Below are positions 50,048-59,312 of a stretch of 64,000 nucleotides of DNA, piece by piece. Source of the stretch: a virus (taxonomy: Duplodnaviria; Caudoviricetes); IMG/VR virus record IMGVR_UViG_3300033075_001437, positions 42,867-106,866 of that record; one strand, 5' to 3'. The notes under the pieces are model-generated. The model was given only the letters and a program-made list of their open reading frames with translations. It made no database searches and was not told the origin of the DNA. The translations under genes were made by a program, and so were the position numbers. Numbering within the stretch: position 1 is the first letter of the stretch; every line of letters starts with the position of its first letter.

Positions 50048-51152
50048 TGACTGGAACACTAGTTATATCTTCTAACATACTAATAAAATCAAGCACTTTT
50101 CGTGGTAATTTATCCCATTCATTTGTTTTGTAACATGACCAGTCAATATAATTAGCAAAATTTAACACTATTTTAGTAGCTCCATTAATAGCTGCAGCTT
50201 CAATTATTTGTTGCTTAGAAAAAGTAAAGACTCTACGTAATCGTTTAGTAACTGTTGTCAACTCGCCTTTCATAACATCTTCTGGCGCGCCAGCATTTTT
50301 TGCTATATCAGACCATGATGTTTCTTCATGGTCTGAATAGCAACCGCCAGAATAACCTGTAATTTCGTCATTTTCTGTAATATTGCCTACACGTATTGGT
50401 GCTGGCCTTATAACAAGATATACATCCCCGACATATGCTGGAGGGATACCCATATCAGCGGCGTTTTGTAGTGAAGTCGTACTACGACTCGTACAAAACG
50501 GATAGTGTGACCCATGATTAATACAAAGACTAAACCCTTGAGATCCTTCATGTAAAATAGTATATGTGTTATCCATGATTGACATTAATAACCTAGGCAT
50601 TGATAATTGGTTATTTTCGATATCAAAAGCTTTTGCCAACTCATCTAAATTGCATAAATTTGGTACGATGTCCCTAGCCAATTGTAAACCGGCTTTACGC
50701 ATTATTTTATCAGACATAAAAGCTCCACACCCCTGCATAGTGCTAGCTATATGCTTAGTACCGATATCCAGTTGTGACTCAATATCTTTATGACGCTGCA
50801 GGATTATACCAGCTCTTGGATGAACAAAAGATTTTTTAACATTACATTCTTTTAATTCTTCAAGCAATCTTTCAACAAAAAATGACGCTGTCGGGCCAAT
50901 TACCACAAAAGGATTATATTCGCCATCTCTCCAAGCATTTAAAACCGCTGGTGTTGGCAATACTTTGCCAATAAATGATCTATCTGATAATCCCTCACTA
51001 TCAATACTTGTATGTCCAGCATTAGCTTGATTAGTTGTTGAAACAATCTCTGGTCGATAACGATCAGCCAGGGCTGTTGAAATAAGTCCTTTACCACATG
51101 AACCCCATTGCCCATCAACAACAACATTGAACTTACCGCGTTGCATTGTCAA
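50001..51152 (-). CDS. purZ: PurZ-type 2-amino-deoxyadenylosuccinate synthase
   Basis: DGQWGSCGKG (Ser for PurA Asp13), NAGHT, EGSQGFSL, YPFCTSR, PIRVGN, SGGCYSD, TTVTKRLRRVFTFS, LNFANY (for PurA TKLD), VGTGP. Confidence 0.8.
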   Translation of the reverse strand: MTMQRGKFNVVVDGQWGSCGKGLISTALADRYRPEIVSTTNQANAGHTSIDSEGLSDRSFIGKVLPTPAVLNAWRDGEYNPFVVIGPTASFFVERLLEELKECNVKKSFVHPRAGIILQRHKDIESQLDIGTKHIASTMQGCGAFMSDKIMRKAGLQLARDIVPNLCNLDELAKAFDIENNQLSMPRLLMSIMDNTYTILHEGSQGFSLCINHGSHYPFCTSRSTTSLQNAADMGIPPAYVGDVYLVIRPAPIRVGNITENDEITGYSGGCYSDHEETSWSDIAKNAGAPEDVMKGELTTVTKRLRRVFTFSKQQIIEAAAINGATKIVLNFANYIDWSCYKTNEWDKLPRKVLDFISMLEDITSVPVTIVGTGPRNNHVCFR

Positions 51153-51165
51153 TCTCTCTTTCTTA

Positions 51166-51456
51166 TTAAGTCAAATCGTCAAAAAGCATTCTTAAATTAG
51201 CGTCTGAAATATCATCCGGTATTATATTAGACACAAGTATTTCTTCGACTGAACCGTCGCATTTATAAATTGTGAATAAATTCCTAGATGATAATTCTTC
51301 TTTAAATTCCCTAACTATTCTAACAGCCCTAAGTTCTTCAAGCTTTTCATTAATGGTTGATGATAACAAATTTTCCTGATTAGCAAGCCACTTATCGCTC
51401 TTAACCAACAAATTAGGAAATTCTTTCATCGAATTCATTAGTGATATAAAAGCCAT
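51166..51456 (-). CDS. Hypothetical protein
   Basis: 96-aa ORF directly upstream of purZ. Confidence 0.55.
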   Translation of the reverse strand: MAFISLMNSMKEFPNLLVKSDKWLANQENLLSSTINEKLEELRAVRIVREFKEELSSRNLFTIYKCDGSVEEILVSNIIPDDISDANLRMLFDDLT

Positions 51457-51461
51457 GGTGT

Positions 51462-52091
51462 TTATTTTTCTGAAAGTAAGTTAAACTCATTTATTATTGT
51501 CTTAGCTTGATGTAAATTAACAGCATATCTATCAGCTTTTGTCTCAATAATTGATTTAACATCATTAATATTACCAGAAACTTTAATTTTAAATGTTCCA
51601 GCGTTCGAATTAAAAAAATCATTATACTTATTATTTTTAATTTTATTATCGATACAATTTCTAATAAAATTAGGTGTATAAACACCAGAAAATAAACTTC
51701 TCATAGAAGAAAAATCATTCGTAAGAACAACATATCTAATTTCATATAATTTATCAATCTTATTAATAATAAATTCTGACATATTTATAAGATCAATATT
51801 TGTAGTAGCATTATTGATAGCTATTTCATAACCGTCACTATCCATACCATCAACAGGAACACCTCTAAATTTATTTAAGCAATGATTATTACCATTTGGC
51901 CAATCAATCTGTGTTATGATCTTGTATTTGCCTTGTTGTTTGCCACGTAATATTATAGCTTGGTTTATAAGATTAGGATGTACAACCAAAGCTGGTATAT
52001 TATACTTAACAGCTAAAGCAGAAGCATCTTTTAATTCATTAACCTGAGAAATATCTATTTCAAGCTTACTAACAGGCGAACCGTTTAACAT
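51462..52091 (-). CDS. DeoC-like TIM-barrel protein (divergent)
   Basis: AVKYNIPALVVHP..I..A...KIITQIDWPNG, IKVSGNI, ADRYA; FIRN at the position of DeoC FVKT. Confidence 0.5.
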   Translation of the reverse strand: MLNGSPVSKLEIDISQVNELKDASALAVKYNIPALVVHPNLINQAIILRGKQQGKYKIITQIDWPNGNNHCLNKFRGVPVDGMDSDGYEIAINNATTNIDLINMSEFIINKIDKLYEIRYVVLTNDFSSMRSLFSGVYTPNFIRNCIDNKIKNNKYNDFFNSNAGTFKIKVSGNINDVKSIIETKADRYAVNLHQAKTIINEFNLLSEK

Positions 52092-52492
52092 TTAAAACCT
52101 TTCTTAAAATTAATTATAAATTTGTAAACAGCATCAAGATTGTCGAATTTACGAACACAATCTAACTGATAAAAAGTCTTAAATTCGATATTTTCGTCTG
52201 TCAAAAAAACAATTTCTGGCGAACCACGTAAAATACGTGACGCCAACGCAGCACCAAGTTCCACATGCGCACCAAGTTTAGCAGGAGCGACTAACAACAA
52301 CAAGTCGCAATCTATAGCACCAAGTAATTCATTTAACGCAACATTTTTAATCTCGTCAATATTAGTATCATCTTTTGTAAAATGAAAACTAGTCCAATCA
52401 TACGATATCTCAATACCAAAACTTTTTAATTTATCATATATCTTTCTAACATTGTCAGCATTGCTAAGAGTAGAAGCGACATAAACTTTCAT
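52085..52492 (-). CDS. Nucleoside 2-deoxyribosyltransferase / dNMP N-glycosidase family
   Basis: MKVYVAS, YDWT, ELLGAIDCDLLL, GAHVELGAA. Confidence 0.7.
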   Translation of the reverse strand: MKVYVASTLSNADNVRKIYDKLKSFGIEISYDWTSFHFTKDDTNIDEIKNVALNELLGAIDCDLLLLVAPAKLGAHVELGAALASRILRGSPEIVFLTDENIEFKTFYQLDCVRKFDNLDAVYKFIINFKKGFKC

Positions 52493-52495
52493 GTT

Positions 52496-53419
52496 TTAAC
52501 CTTTCAATGATGACAATAAATGACTAACAGCTTCATTTTCATTCAAATTATGAAATTTATTTACAAATGGCCATTTATTCCTACTAGAACAAAATACAAA
52601 CTTATTTAACGTGTCATTATCCAAATTTTCGCTAGCATATAAATAATGCGCAGCTTCATTAGCGAACCTTTTCTTTCTGTCATCAGATTTAATATCAGGA
52701 TTTTGACCATAAAAATATAACTTATTATTATCTTCATCAACATTCATATCAACACCAAATATATAGACCTTATCATAATTCATCCAAACAGCAAATTGCA
52801 TTGACGCATAAACTGTAGAATTACCAATATGTAAACCTTTTAACAAATCAAAGCTAAAACCTTTACCACCTATACTCTTAACTTGTAATGAATTCGCTTT
52901 TTGTCTTTTAACCCCAGTGCCATTGATTATAGTACCATTGTAACTTTCCCATAAATCTTGATGTCTTCTAAATTGAGATGGGTCGTAAAAACTCCAATAT
53001 TTAGTAGGCCAAAGTTTATGGTACGGTTTATTTATAGACATAACATCTATTCTATCATCATTTAACAATTCAATATTTTTAACATCTAATACTGATGGTC
53101 CATTAGCAACAATAGCCAACACTTTACCAACACCTATATTTCTAAGTCTTTTTATCTTTTGTATAGATTCAGCTGTAGTTTCTTCATGTATAAATTTAAC
53201 TATACTCTTATTAGATGCTTTTGGTTTGCTTTGTATAAATTTTGGTTTAGATACAGCTATATTAGATTGTTTTATAACCGGTGTATTGTTTTGTATTTTT
53301 ATTGCTACATTTTGTTTAATAGGATATTGTTGAGTTTTAACTTTTGTTATTTTGTTCCTATTTAATTGTTCTGGAAAATTTATGGCTGTCTTCTTCGGTT
53401 GTAATGGTTTGTATTTCAT
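52496..53419 (-). CDS. DUF115/Maf-like (sialyltransferase-like fold) protein
   Basis: IVANGPSV, MSIN, YWSFYD, STVYASMQFAVWMNYDKVYIFGVD. Confidence 0.6.
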   Translation of the reverse strand: MKYKPLQPKKTAINFPEQLNRNKITKVKTQQYPIKQNVAIKIQNNTPVIKQSNIAVSKPKFIQSKPKASNKSIVKFIHEETTAESIQKIKRLRNIGVGKVLAIVANGPSVLDVKNIELLNDDRIDVMSINKPYHKLWPTKYWSFYDPSQFRRHQDLWESYNGTIINGTGVKRQKANSLQVKSIGGKGFSFDLLKGLHIGNSTVYASMQFAVWMNYDKVYIFGVDMNVDEDNNKLYFYGQNPDIKSDDRKKRFANEAAHYLYASENLDNDTLNKFVFCSSRNKWPFVNKFHNLNENEAVSHLLSSLKG

Positions 53420-54171
53420 TTTATCAATGGTATTCTTAGACTTCTAAATTCGCTATGTATAACGCCATTTTGTATTCCTTCTATCAGCTTATTTAAATTT
53501 TGTTTCTTATTCTTTTTTCTATTTAATATACTAAACATGCATCTATGTATAGTCGTTGTCAGCAAATTAAAGACTGGTGCTTTACCAGGTGTATAAACTA
53601 ACTTATATCTAGTCAATTTACCTATAACTTGCATTAAAGCATCAGTTGCTAAATCTTTTTGATCTTCATCAGGCAAAGTGAATTTTTTAGATATTCCAGA
53701 ACACATTAAATTAATATCAGATAGTATTTTTTGCCAGCTCTCAGTAACAGGTTCTTCTAATAAATAACCTTCATTCTTAATATTGCTAATAACTTCTAAT
53801 ATAATAAAAGGATCGCAAATGTCAGATTCTAAGCTATAAAACCCACTCTCTTTTAAATCATTCAATCTCTTTAAGACAGACTCTTCTATTTCACCATCAT
53901 TAGATTGAAAAAATATCGGTTCTGGACCTATAATACAATGCTGTCTTATACTATACGATGGGTCCATGGCTGTCACACCATTTTTGATTATTGGTCTTCC
54001 ATTATTATCAAGAACTGGTCCTATTACTTTAGTCCACAAAGACTTTTGTGATCTAAAATACTCTAATTTTGGTACTTTGCTTGACAATAACCAATTATAC
54101 CAATTTTTTTCCAATACCTTCGAATCGCAATATTGTGCCATTTTGTTTACTTTAAAGTGTGTACTTGTCAC
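53416..54171 (-). CDS. Phage sigma factor-like protein (T4 gp55-like)
   Basis: YCDSKVL; KKF...DQKDLATDALM...APVFNLLTTTIHRCMFSILNRKK resembles sigma region 2 of gp55. Confidence 0.5.
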   Translation of the reverse strand: MTSTHFKVNKMAQYCDSKVLEKNWYNWLLSSKVPKLEYFRSQKSLWTKVIGPVLDNNGRPIIKNGVTAMDPSYSIRQHCIIGPEPIFFQSNDGEIEESVLKRLNDLKESGFYSLESDICDPFIILEVISNIKNEGYLLEEPVTESWQKILSDINLMCSGISKKFTLPDEDQKDLATDALMQVIGKLTRYKLVYTPGKAPVFNLLTTTIHRCMFSILNRKKNKKQNLNKLIEGIQNGVIHSEFRSLRIPLIK

Positions 54172-54238
54172 AAACTGAAACGAATGTTAAAATTTTGACG
54201 CTGACGTATTCGTTGTTTATTGACTCACCGGAGGAATC

Positions 54239-55519
54239 ATGCCGACTATTAGACAATTGCCAAAATTACATCTAAGAGGATCATTAGCCAATATTACAAT
54301 GGCTAACTTAAACAACGAAGAAAAGGAAAAAGTTAACCAAATTACGCAATACGTAGCAGATCATCCATCATTAATTAGTAAAAAACACAGATTATTAAAA
54401 AAATTACGGGAGACAATACGTGGAGACTACTCAAACATTGAAGAAGCACATAACGAATATTGCATAGCAATATGGAGAGGAGTTGTAGAGCTTTATTACA
54501 ATTACACATACAATTTTAAATGCCAAGCTTGCGGGTCATCAGAATACACAACATTAAGACATAAATCGACACCAATTGATAGAATCCAAATACCATGTCC
54601 AAACTGCAAATGTGTAAAAATCGTCAACCCAAGCAACACATCATTTGAAAAAGACTCATATGTCAATATTGATGTAGTGCAAAACGCAAACTATGACGAT
54701 AATTTTAAATATGAAAGTACAATCACAGCCGTTAAAAATAAGAAAAAATATGATAATCCAGATACCATTATAAATGATCCAAAACAACTAGTAAAATTCT
54801 TTGGCGAATTTATAAATAATTATTACAGACAGATTATAAACGAAAATTTACGACAAAAAGTAATAACACAGGCTACAATTATTAAACCAGCAGATGAATT
54901 ATTTGTGGATAAAACAATAGAGGTTTTTCAAAAATTACGTATACAACATTTAAATGCTGGCTTAATAAACGGGTTTTATACTATCAATTCAAATATTATG
55001 CAATCGCAGCCAGAACTTAGCAATGAGCTAAATTTATTAAAAGTAGATTGTGAGAAATACAATATCGATTATGAAATATGTGAAAGTGGCGTTTTAATAA
55101 AACAAAACCCAACAGCAGAATTGATTGCAGCTACGATCACGAAATATGATTATATTACGACTGTCTCTAATCAATGTATTAATGAAGATGGTGACAATAC
55201 TGATAACTTAGAAAATATTCTTCAATCAAGGGCTGATAATATGGATCTAGAAAACCATGTTGACTCAATAGAATCTATAGATTATCTAAATAAAATAAGA
55301 CAATCTATAGAAGACAAAGACTGCAGAGACATTTTTGACATCTTAACAAATCAAGGAAGACATATAGAATTCACAAACGTAGGCTATGATGGCGAAAAAC
55401 CAAAATTATCACACCTAGCGAAATTTCTAAATATAAATGTGAAAATAGTAAAATCACATATCGATTTTATAAGATTACAAGTATTAGCAAAACGGTGTAA
55501 ACAACTAAAAAGCACCTGA
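54239..55519 (+). CDS. Sigma-like/HTH transcription factor with zinc ribbon
   Basis: EYCIAIWRG, CQACG...CPNC, C-terminal DIFDIL...KLSHLAKFLNINVKIVKSH HTH; GGAGG RBS. Confidence 0.4.
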   Translation: MPTIRQLPKLHLRGSLANITMANLNNEEKEKVNQITQYVADHPSLISKKHRLLKKLRETIRGDYSNIEEAHNEYCIAIWRGVVELYYNYTYNFKCQACGSSEYTTLRHKSTPIDRIQIPCPNCKCVKIVNPSNTSFEKDSYVNIDVVQNANYDDNFKYESTITAVKNKKKYDNPDTIINDPKQLVKFFGEFINNYYRQIINENLRQKVITQATIIKPADELFVDKTIEVFQKLRIQHLNAGLINGFYTINSNIMQSQPELSNELNLLKVDCEKYNIDYEICESGVLIKQNPTAELIAATITKYDYITTVSNQCINEDGDNTDNLENILQSRADNMDLENHVDSIESIDYLNKIRQSIEDKDCRDIFDILTNQGRHIEFTNVGYDGEKPKLSHLAKFLNINVKIVKSHIDFIRLQVLAKRCKQLKST

Positions 55520-56044
55520 TCTACCAACTTGTTGTGGTATACCAGTAAGAGGAACACGACCAGTTACATAAGGATCATCATATAGATTCTTTAACGATTT
55601 ATTAGGTGCTGATAAGTCAACATAACCAGCATCAACCTTTGATAATATCCGCAAAATGAAAACAATAACATTTTTAGGTGTTGTTTGTTTTCTAGCATGT
55701 GAATTTTCACAATTTATGAGGTTTTTAGATCTTATCTGTCTAGCAAGATCAACAAGATTATTATGAAAAGTATCGCCAAGATACATTCTATGACTACCAA
55801 GTACAAATAAGTTCCAACTTATCGTAGCTTTACCAATAGCTTGATCGATATCATAAACATGCGGCGTCACTTCTAATTTGTTAAATAATATTGGAATAGT
55901 ATACGGCAAATCTTGTAATAATGCAGGATGCATCTGACTGTTAAAGCTATTAAACCCTTTGTCTATAAAATATTTTATGAGTAATCTTTTTATTACTTCA
56001 TTGTTAGAAATATGCTTGATTTTGTTTATAGATATGCTATCCAT
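55505..56044 (-). CDS. Hypothetical protein
   Basis: 179-aa ORF. Confidence 0.6.
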   Translation of the reverse strand: MDSISINKIKHISNNEVIKRLLIKYFIDKGFNSFNSQMHPALLQDLPYTIPILFNKLEVTPHVYDIDQAIGKATISWNLFVLGSHRMYLGDTFHNNLVDLARQIRSKNLINCENSHARKQTTPKNVIVFILRILSKVDAGYVDLSAPNKSLKNLYDDPYVTGRVPLTGIPQQVGRSGAF

Positions 56045-56057
56045 GCTTTATGTTTGT

Positions 56058-57386
56058 TTATAAATTAGTCCCAAACAACTTGTTGTATTGATGTATATTA
56101 ACAGGTCTCTTTTTCGATATTATAGATTCTGCTTCAGGCCATCTATCTTTAATAACGTAACAAGCATATTGACAAGCAGAAAATGCATTTGCTAAAACAT
56201 ATTTTTCAGCCGCAAACCATCTACCACGTATAACCAACAAGCAATAATCACATATAAATTTAGACGCAATGCCTGCCAATTCATGATTTTCATTGCTATA
56301 TATCCACGATAAAACAGCTCTTTCTACTTGAACCCACCTGCCATACTCACGTAATGAACTAATAGAGTAACAAATTATTGCCGATAACGCATCTGTCACA
56401 CTGTCCGAACTCATAATTTTATTAATATTATTGACGAAGTTATTTTCAGCAGGAACCCATCTATCTTTAATAACAAATTCAGCATATTTTAAAGCTTCAA
56501 TTGGGTAATCTAAAAGCATATTTTCAGCTTCAGGCCATCTTCCTTTAACAACATAACAAGAATAAGATGTAGAATAAACAGGATCGGTTAAAATTATTGG
56601 TTCTGCCTCAGGCCATCTATGCTTGATGACATCACAAGCATAACGATAAATATAATAAGGATCAGTCATAATTATTGGTTCTACTTCAGGCCACCTACGT
56701 TTAATAATATTAATAGCATATGTAAGTATGGTATCGATATTTTCAATATTGATATCCGGCTCTGGAAAAGCAAAATCATAATTATCACAGTCCTCAAAAC
56801 CCTCATCATTCACATCCATAACTTGACTATAATCTGGCGTAAATTGTATAAATGGCTTACCATCTTTATAAATAACACCGATCCAATTATATTGCTCGAT
56901 ATAATGCTCAGCTTGACAATCAGGATAACTACGTCTAGTACACCACTTAGTCCCCTCACCCATATCTTTAAGAGACTCAACATCTGATATCTGATAAGTC
57001 TTAATATTGCCCTTATCTATTAATAATTTTACCCCTGGTAAACCAAATGGGTTAATATTATTACCACCTTGTCGTTTGCTGATACTACCTAGAAATGGTT
57101 CCAATGCTGTTTCTAAACCATGTAAAGAATCGTATTTTAATATGTCCTTTATTACCAAATTGCGTTGATATTTTATGAAATTATTTAATGCCTCCTTGAC
57201 TCTATAATTATCTTCTGGTAGTCTGATATTGTTCTTGTTTAACAGTTTTAATATGAATAGCCTGTATTTTCTTCCTGTTGGGTCTGCGTCTGTTACTAAC
57301 TTATTTAAATAATCTAATTCTAGCCCTAATTTTTCTGCTGTTTGTTGCAATATCTGGTTGTTTTCAATTATTAATGATAATTTCAT
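56058..57386 (-). CDS. MKL..E / GTKWCT / RWPEAE-repeat protein, paralog 2
   Basis: Paralog of 37230..38489 at both protein and DNA level. Confidence 0.7.
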   Translation of the reverse strand: MKLSLIIENNQILQQTAEKLGLELDYLNKLVTDADPTGRKYRLFILKLLNKNNIRLPEDNYRVKEALNNFIKYQRNLVIKDILKYDSLHGLETALEPFLGSISKRQGGNNINPFGLPGVKLLIDKGNIKTYQISDVESLKDMGEGTKWCTRRSYPDCQAEHYIEQYNWIGVIYKDGKPFIQFTPDYSQVMDVNDEGFEDCDNYDFAFPEPDINIENIDTILTYAINIIKRRWPEVEPIIMTDPYYIYRYACDVIKHRWPEAEPIILTDPVYSTSYSCYVVKGRWPEAENMLLDYPIEALKYAEFVIKDRWVPAENNFVNNINKIMSSDSVTDALSAIICYSISSLREYGRWVQVERAVLSWIYSNENHELAGIASKFICDYCLLVIRGRWFAAEKYVLANAFSACQYACYVIKDRWPEAESIISKKRPVNIHQYNKLFGTNL

Positions 57387-57399
57387 GCTTTATTTTTAA

Positions 57400-59214
57400 C
57401 TAAACATCGCTAATATAAGAAAACCTGTTAACCCTCTTAATCTTAATTTCATTAGTAAACACATCATGCATCATATTACGATGTGATATAACAAAAACAG
57501 TGCTACATTTATGGGACAAATCATTTTTTATAATATTTATAAGACAATCAACACCAGAATCATCTAATCTACCATCAACCTCATCTAGAAAAATAATATT
57601 AGACTGACGTTCATACATATATTCATGAAAATCATAAATAGCAAACATAAAAGCTAAATCCGTGCGTTTACGCTCACCACCACTTTCATAATCATAACCC
57701 CACATACTACTATTAACCGACAAATTATTCGTAAGTTCTATCTTAATATCTAAACCAAAAACATCAAGATAATACTTCAAACGTTTATTAATAAATGGAA
57801 CATGATCGGCAAAAACAAAACTTTTAATCTTGTTTCTATCATTATAACTTTTATAAATATATGAATAATGAGTACTTAATATATTATTTTCATTTATAGA
57901 ATATTTTAACTTATTAATCTCCAATTGAATTTCAGTCAATTTATTATTAAAATTATCAGCGCTAGCTGTATATGGGTTCTCCTCATTTAAAATGGACACA
58001 CTTAAATTTTTCAATCGTTTAATCTCATTCTCATATTGTTTATTTCTTTCATACAAAGATTTCGCATCCTCATAAGAAATCTCAGGTTTTTTAGTATTAA
58101 GCATTTTAATAGCTGTCAATATCGTATCATTAAGCTTATTCTTATCAAATATCAAATCATTTAAAACCTTATTCTCTTCAAGCAATTTATTCATAATAGG
58201 CTGAATCTTATTTCCAGTAAAGTCGTTTGATATTTTCTGTTTACACGAAACACAAATGGTCCCAGCCATACGCTTCCACTCATCAACCTCATCACTATAT
58301 TTCTTAATATTAAAATTTATTTTAGATATCTGGAGTTCAATATCTCTAACTTTGTCTTTAAATGAGTTAATTTTAACTTCGATCTTTCTAATATTATCCC
58401 ACCGTTCAAACAACGCTTCTATATCTGGCAAATTCAATTCACTCTGTTTTTTCTCAATCTCTTTAATCTTCAATAATATCTCATCTGACCTAAGTTTTTT
58501 CTCACTGTCATGCTTAATAAAATTCAACTTATTATTCTCAATTTCGTTATTTATACGTATAACTTCACTTTCTAATAATTTCAACTTATTTCTAGATCTA
58601 TCAGTAGCAGATGTAATATTGTCAAATTTACTCTTAGCAGCATCAGCATAATATTGAAACTTATCAATATGCAACATCCTCTCTAAAGTCTTCTTCCTAA
58701 CAGAATCGGCCATTTCAAGCCACGGTTTGCCATATTGATTAAAAAACACTGAACCAGTAAACAAATCCCAATCTAAATTAAATGTTTTATTTAATATTCT
58801 CTGCTGATTTTGAGCTGTCGAAACAGTGTCAGCCACAAGCTTATGTTCTTCACCATTTTTAGTATAAAGAAGTTCAGTGTGGCCAGATGTTCTTCTTATC
58901 CTAGTAATACTATCGCCAGATTTAAGCTCTAAAGTAGCAACACAATCCTTGCCAGTAAAATAATTTATAACTTTATCGCCAGGCCTATTATTATGCATAG
59001 TCCTACCAAATAACACCCATTGTATAACATTAGATATTGTGCTTTTGCCGCAACCATTATTCGATTTTTTAGAAGATAATGTCTCATCATACTCATTTTC
59101 ACATATATTCTCACCAGTTATAAGGCACTGGCCCAACCCATCTACAACTAGCTCACTTACATAATCACCATATGATAAAAAATTAGAAAATTTTATTTTA
59201 TGTATTTCTAACAT
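57400..59214 (-). CDS. SbcC/gp46-like SMC ATPase
   Basis: NFLSYG, NGCGKST, coiled coil with CVSCKQ hook, SGGERKR, IFLDE, VISH. Confidence 0.88.
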   Translation of the reverse strand: MLEIHKIKFSNFLSYGDYVSELVVDGLGQCLITGENICENEYDETLSSKKSNNGCGKSTISNVIQWVLFGRTMHNNRPGDKVINYFTGKDCVATLELKSGDSITRIRRTSGHTELLYTKNGEEHKLVADTVSTAQNQQRILNKTFNLDWDLFTGSVFFNQYGKPWLEMADSVRKKTLERMLHIDKFQYYADAAKSKFDNITSATDRSRNKLKLLESEVIRINNEIENNKLNFIKHDSEKKLRSDEILLKIKEIEKKQSELNLPDIEALFERWDNIRKIEVKINSFKDKVRDIELQISKINFNIKKYSDEVDEWKRMAGTICVSCKQKISNDFTGNKIQPIMNKLLEENKVLNDLIFDKNKLNDTILTAIKMLNTKKPEISYEDAKSLYERNKQYENEIKRLKNLSVSILNEENPYTASADNFNNKLTEIQLEINKLKYSINENNILSTHYSYIYKSYNDRNKIKSFVFADHVPFINKRLKYYLDVFGLDIKIELTNNLSVNSSMWGYDYESGGERKRTDLAFMFAIYDFHEYMYERQSNIIFLDEVDGRLDDSGVDCLINIIKNDLSHKCSTVFVISHRNMMHDVFTNEIKIKRVNRFSYISDV

Positions 59215-59312
59215 ATTAATTAATTTAGAATGTACTCCAACCCAAATACGCTAAAATACATTCTAAATTAATTATAAAAAACAAAAATCCTGTAAACATA
59301 AGGGATTTAAAC

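Noticed and set aside
50001-51152. Ordinary purA auxiliary metabolic gene
   Set aside because: It lacks GDEGKG and TKLD and has the Ser and NF substitutions of PurZ; not fully excluded without a tree or assay.
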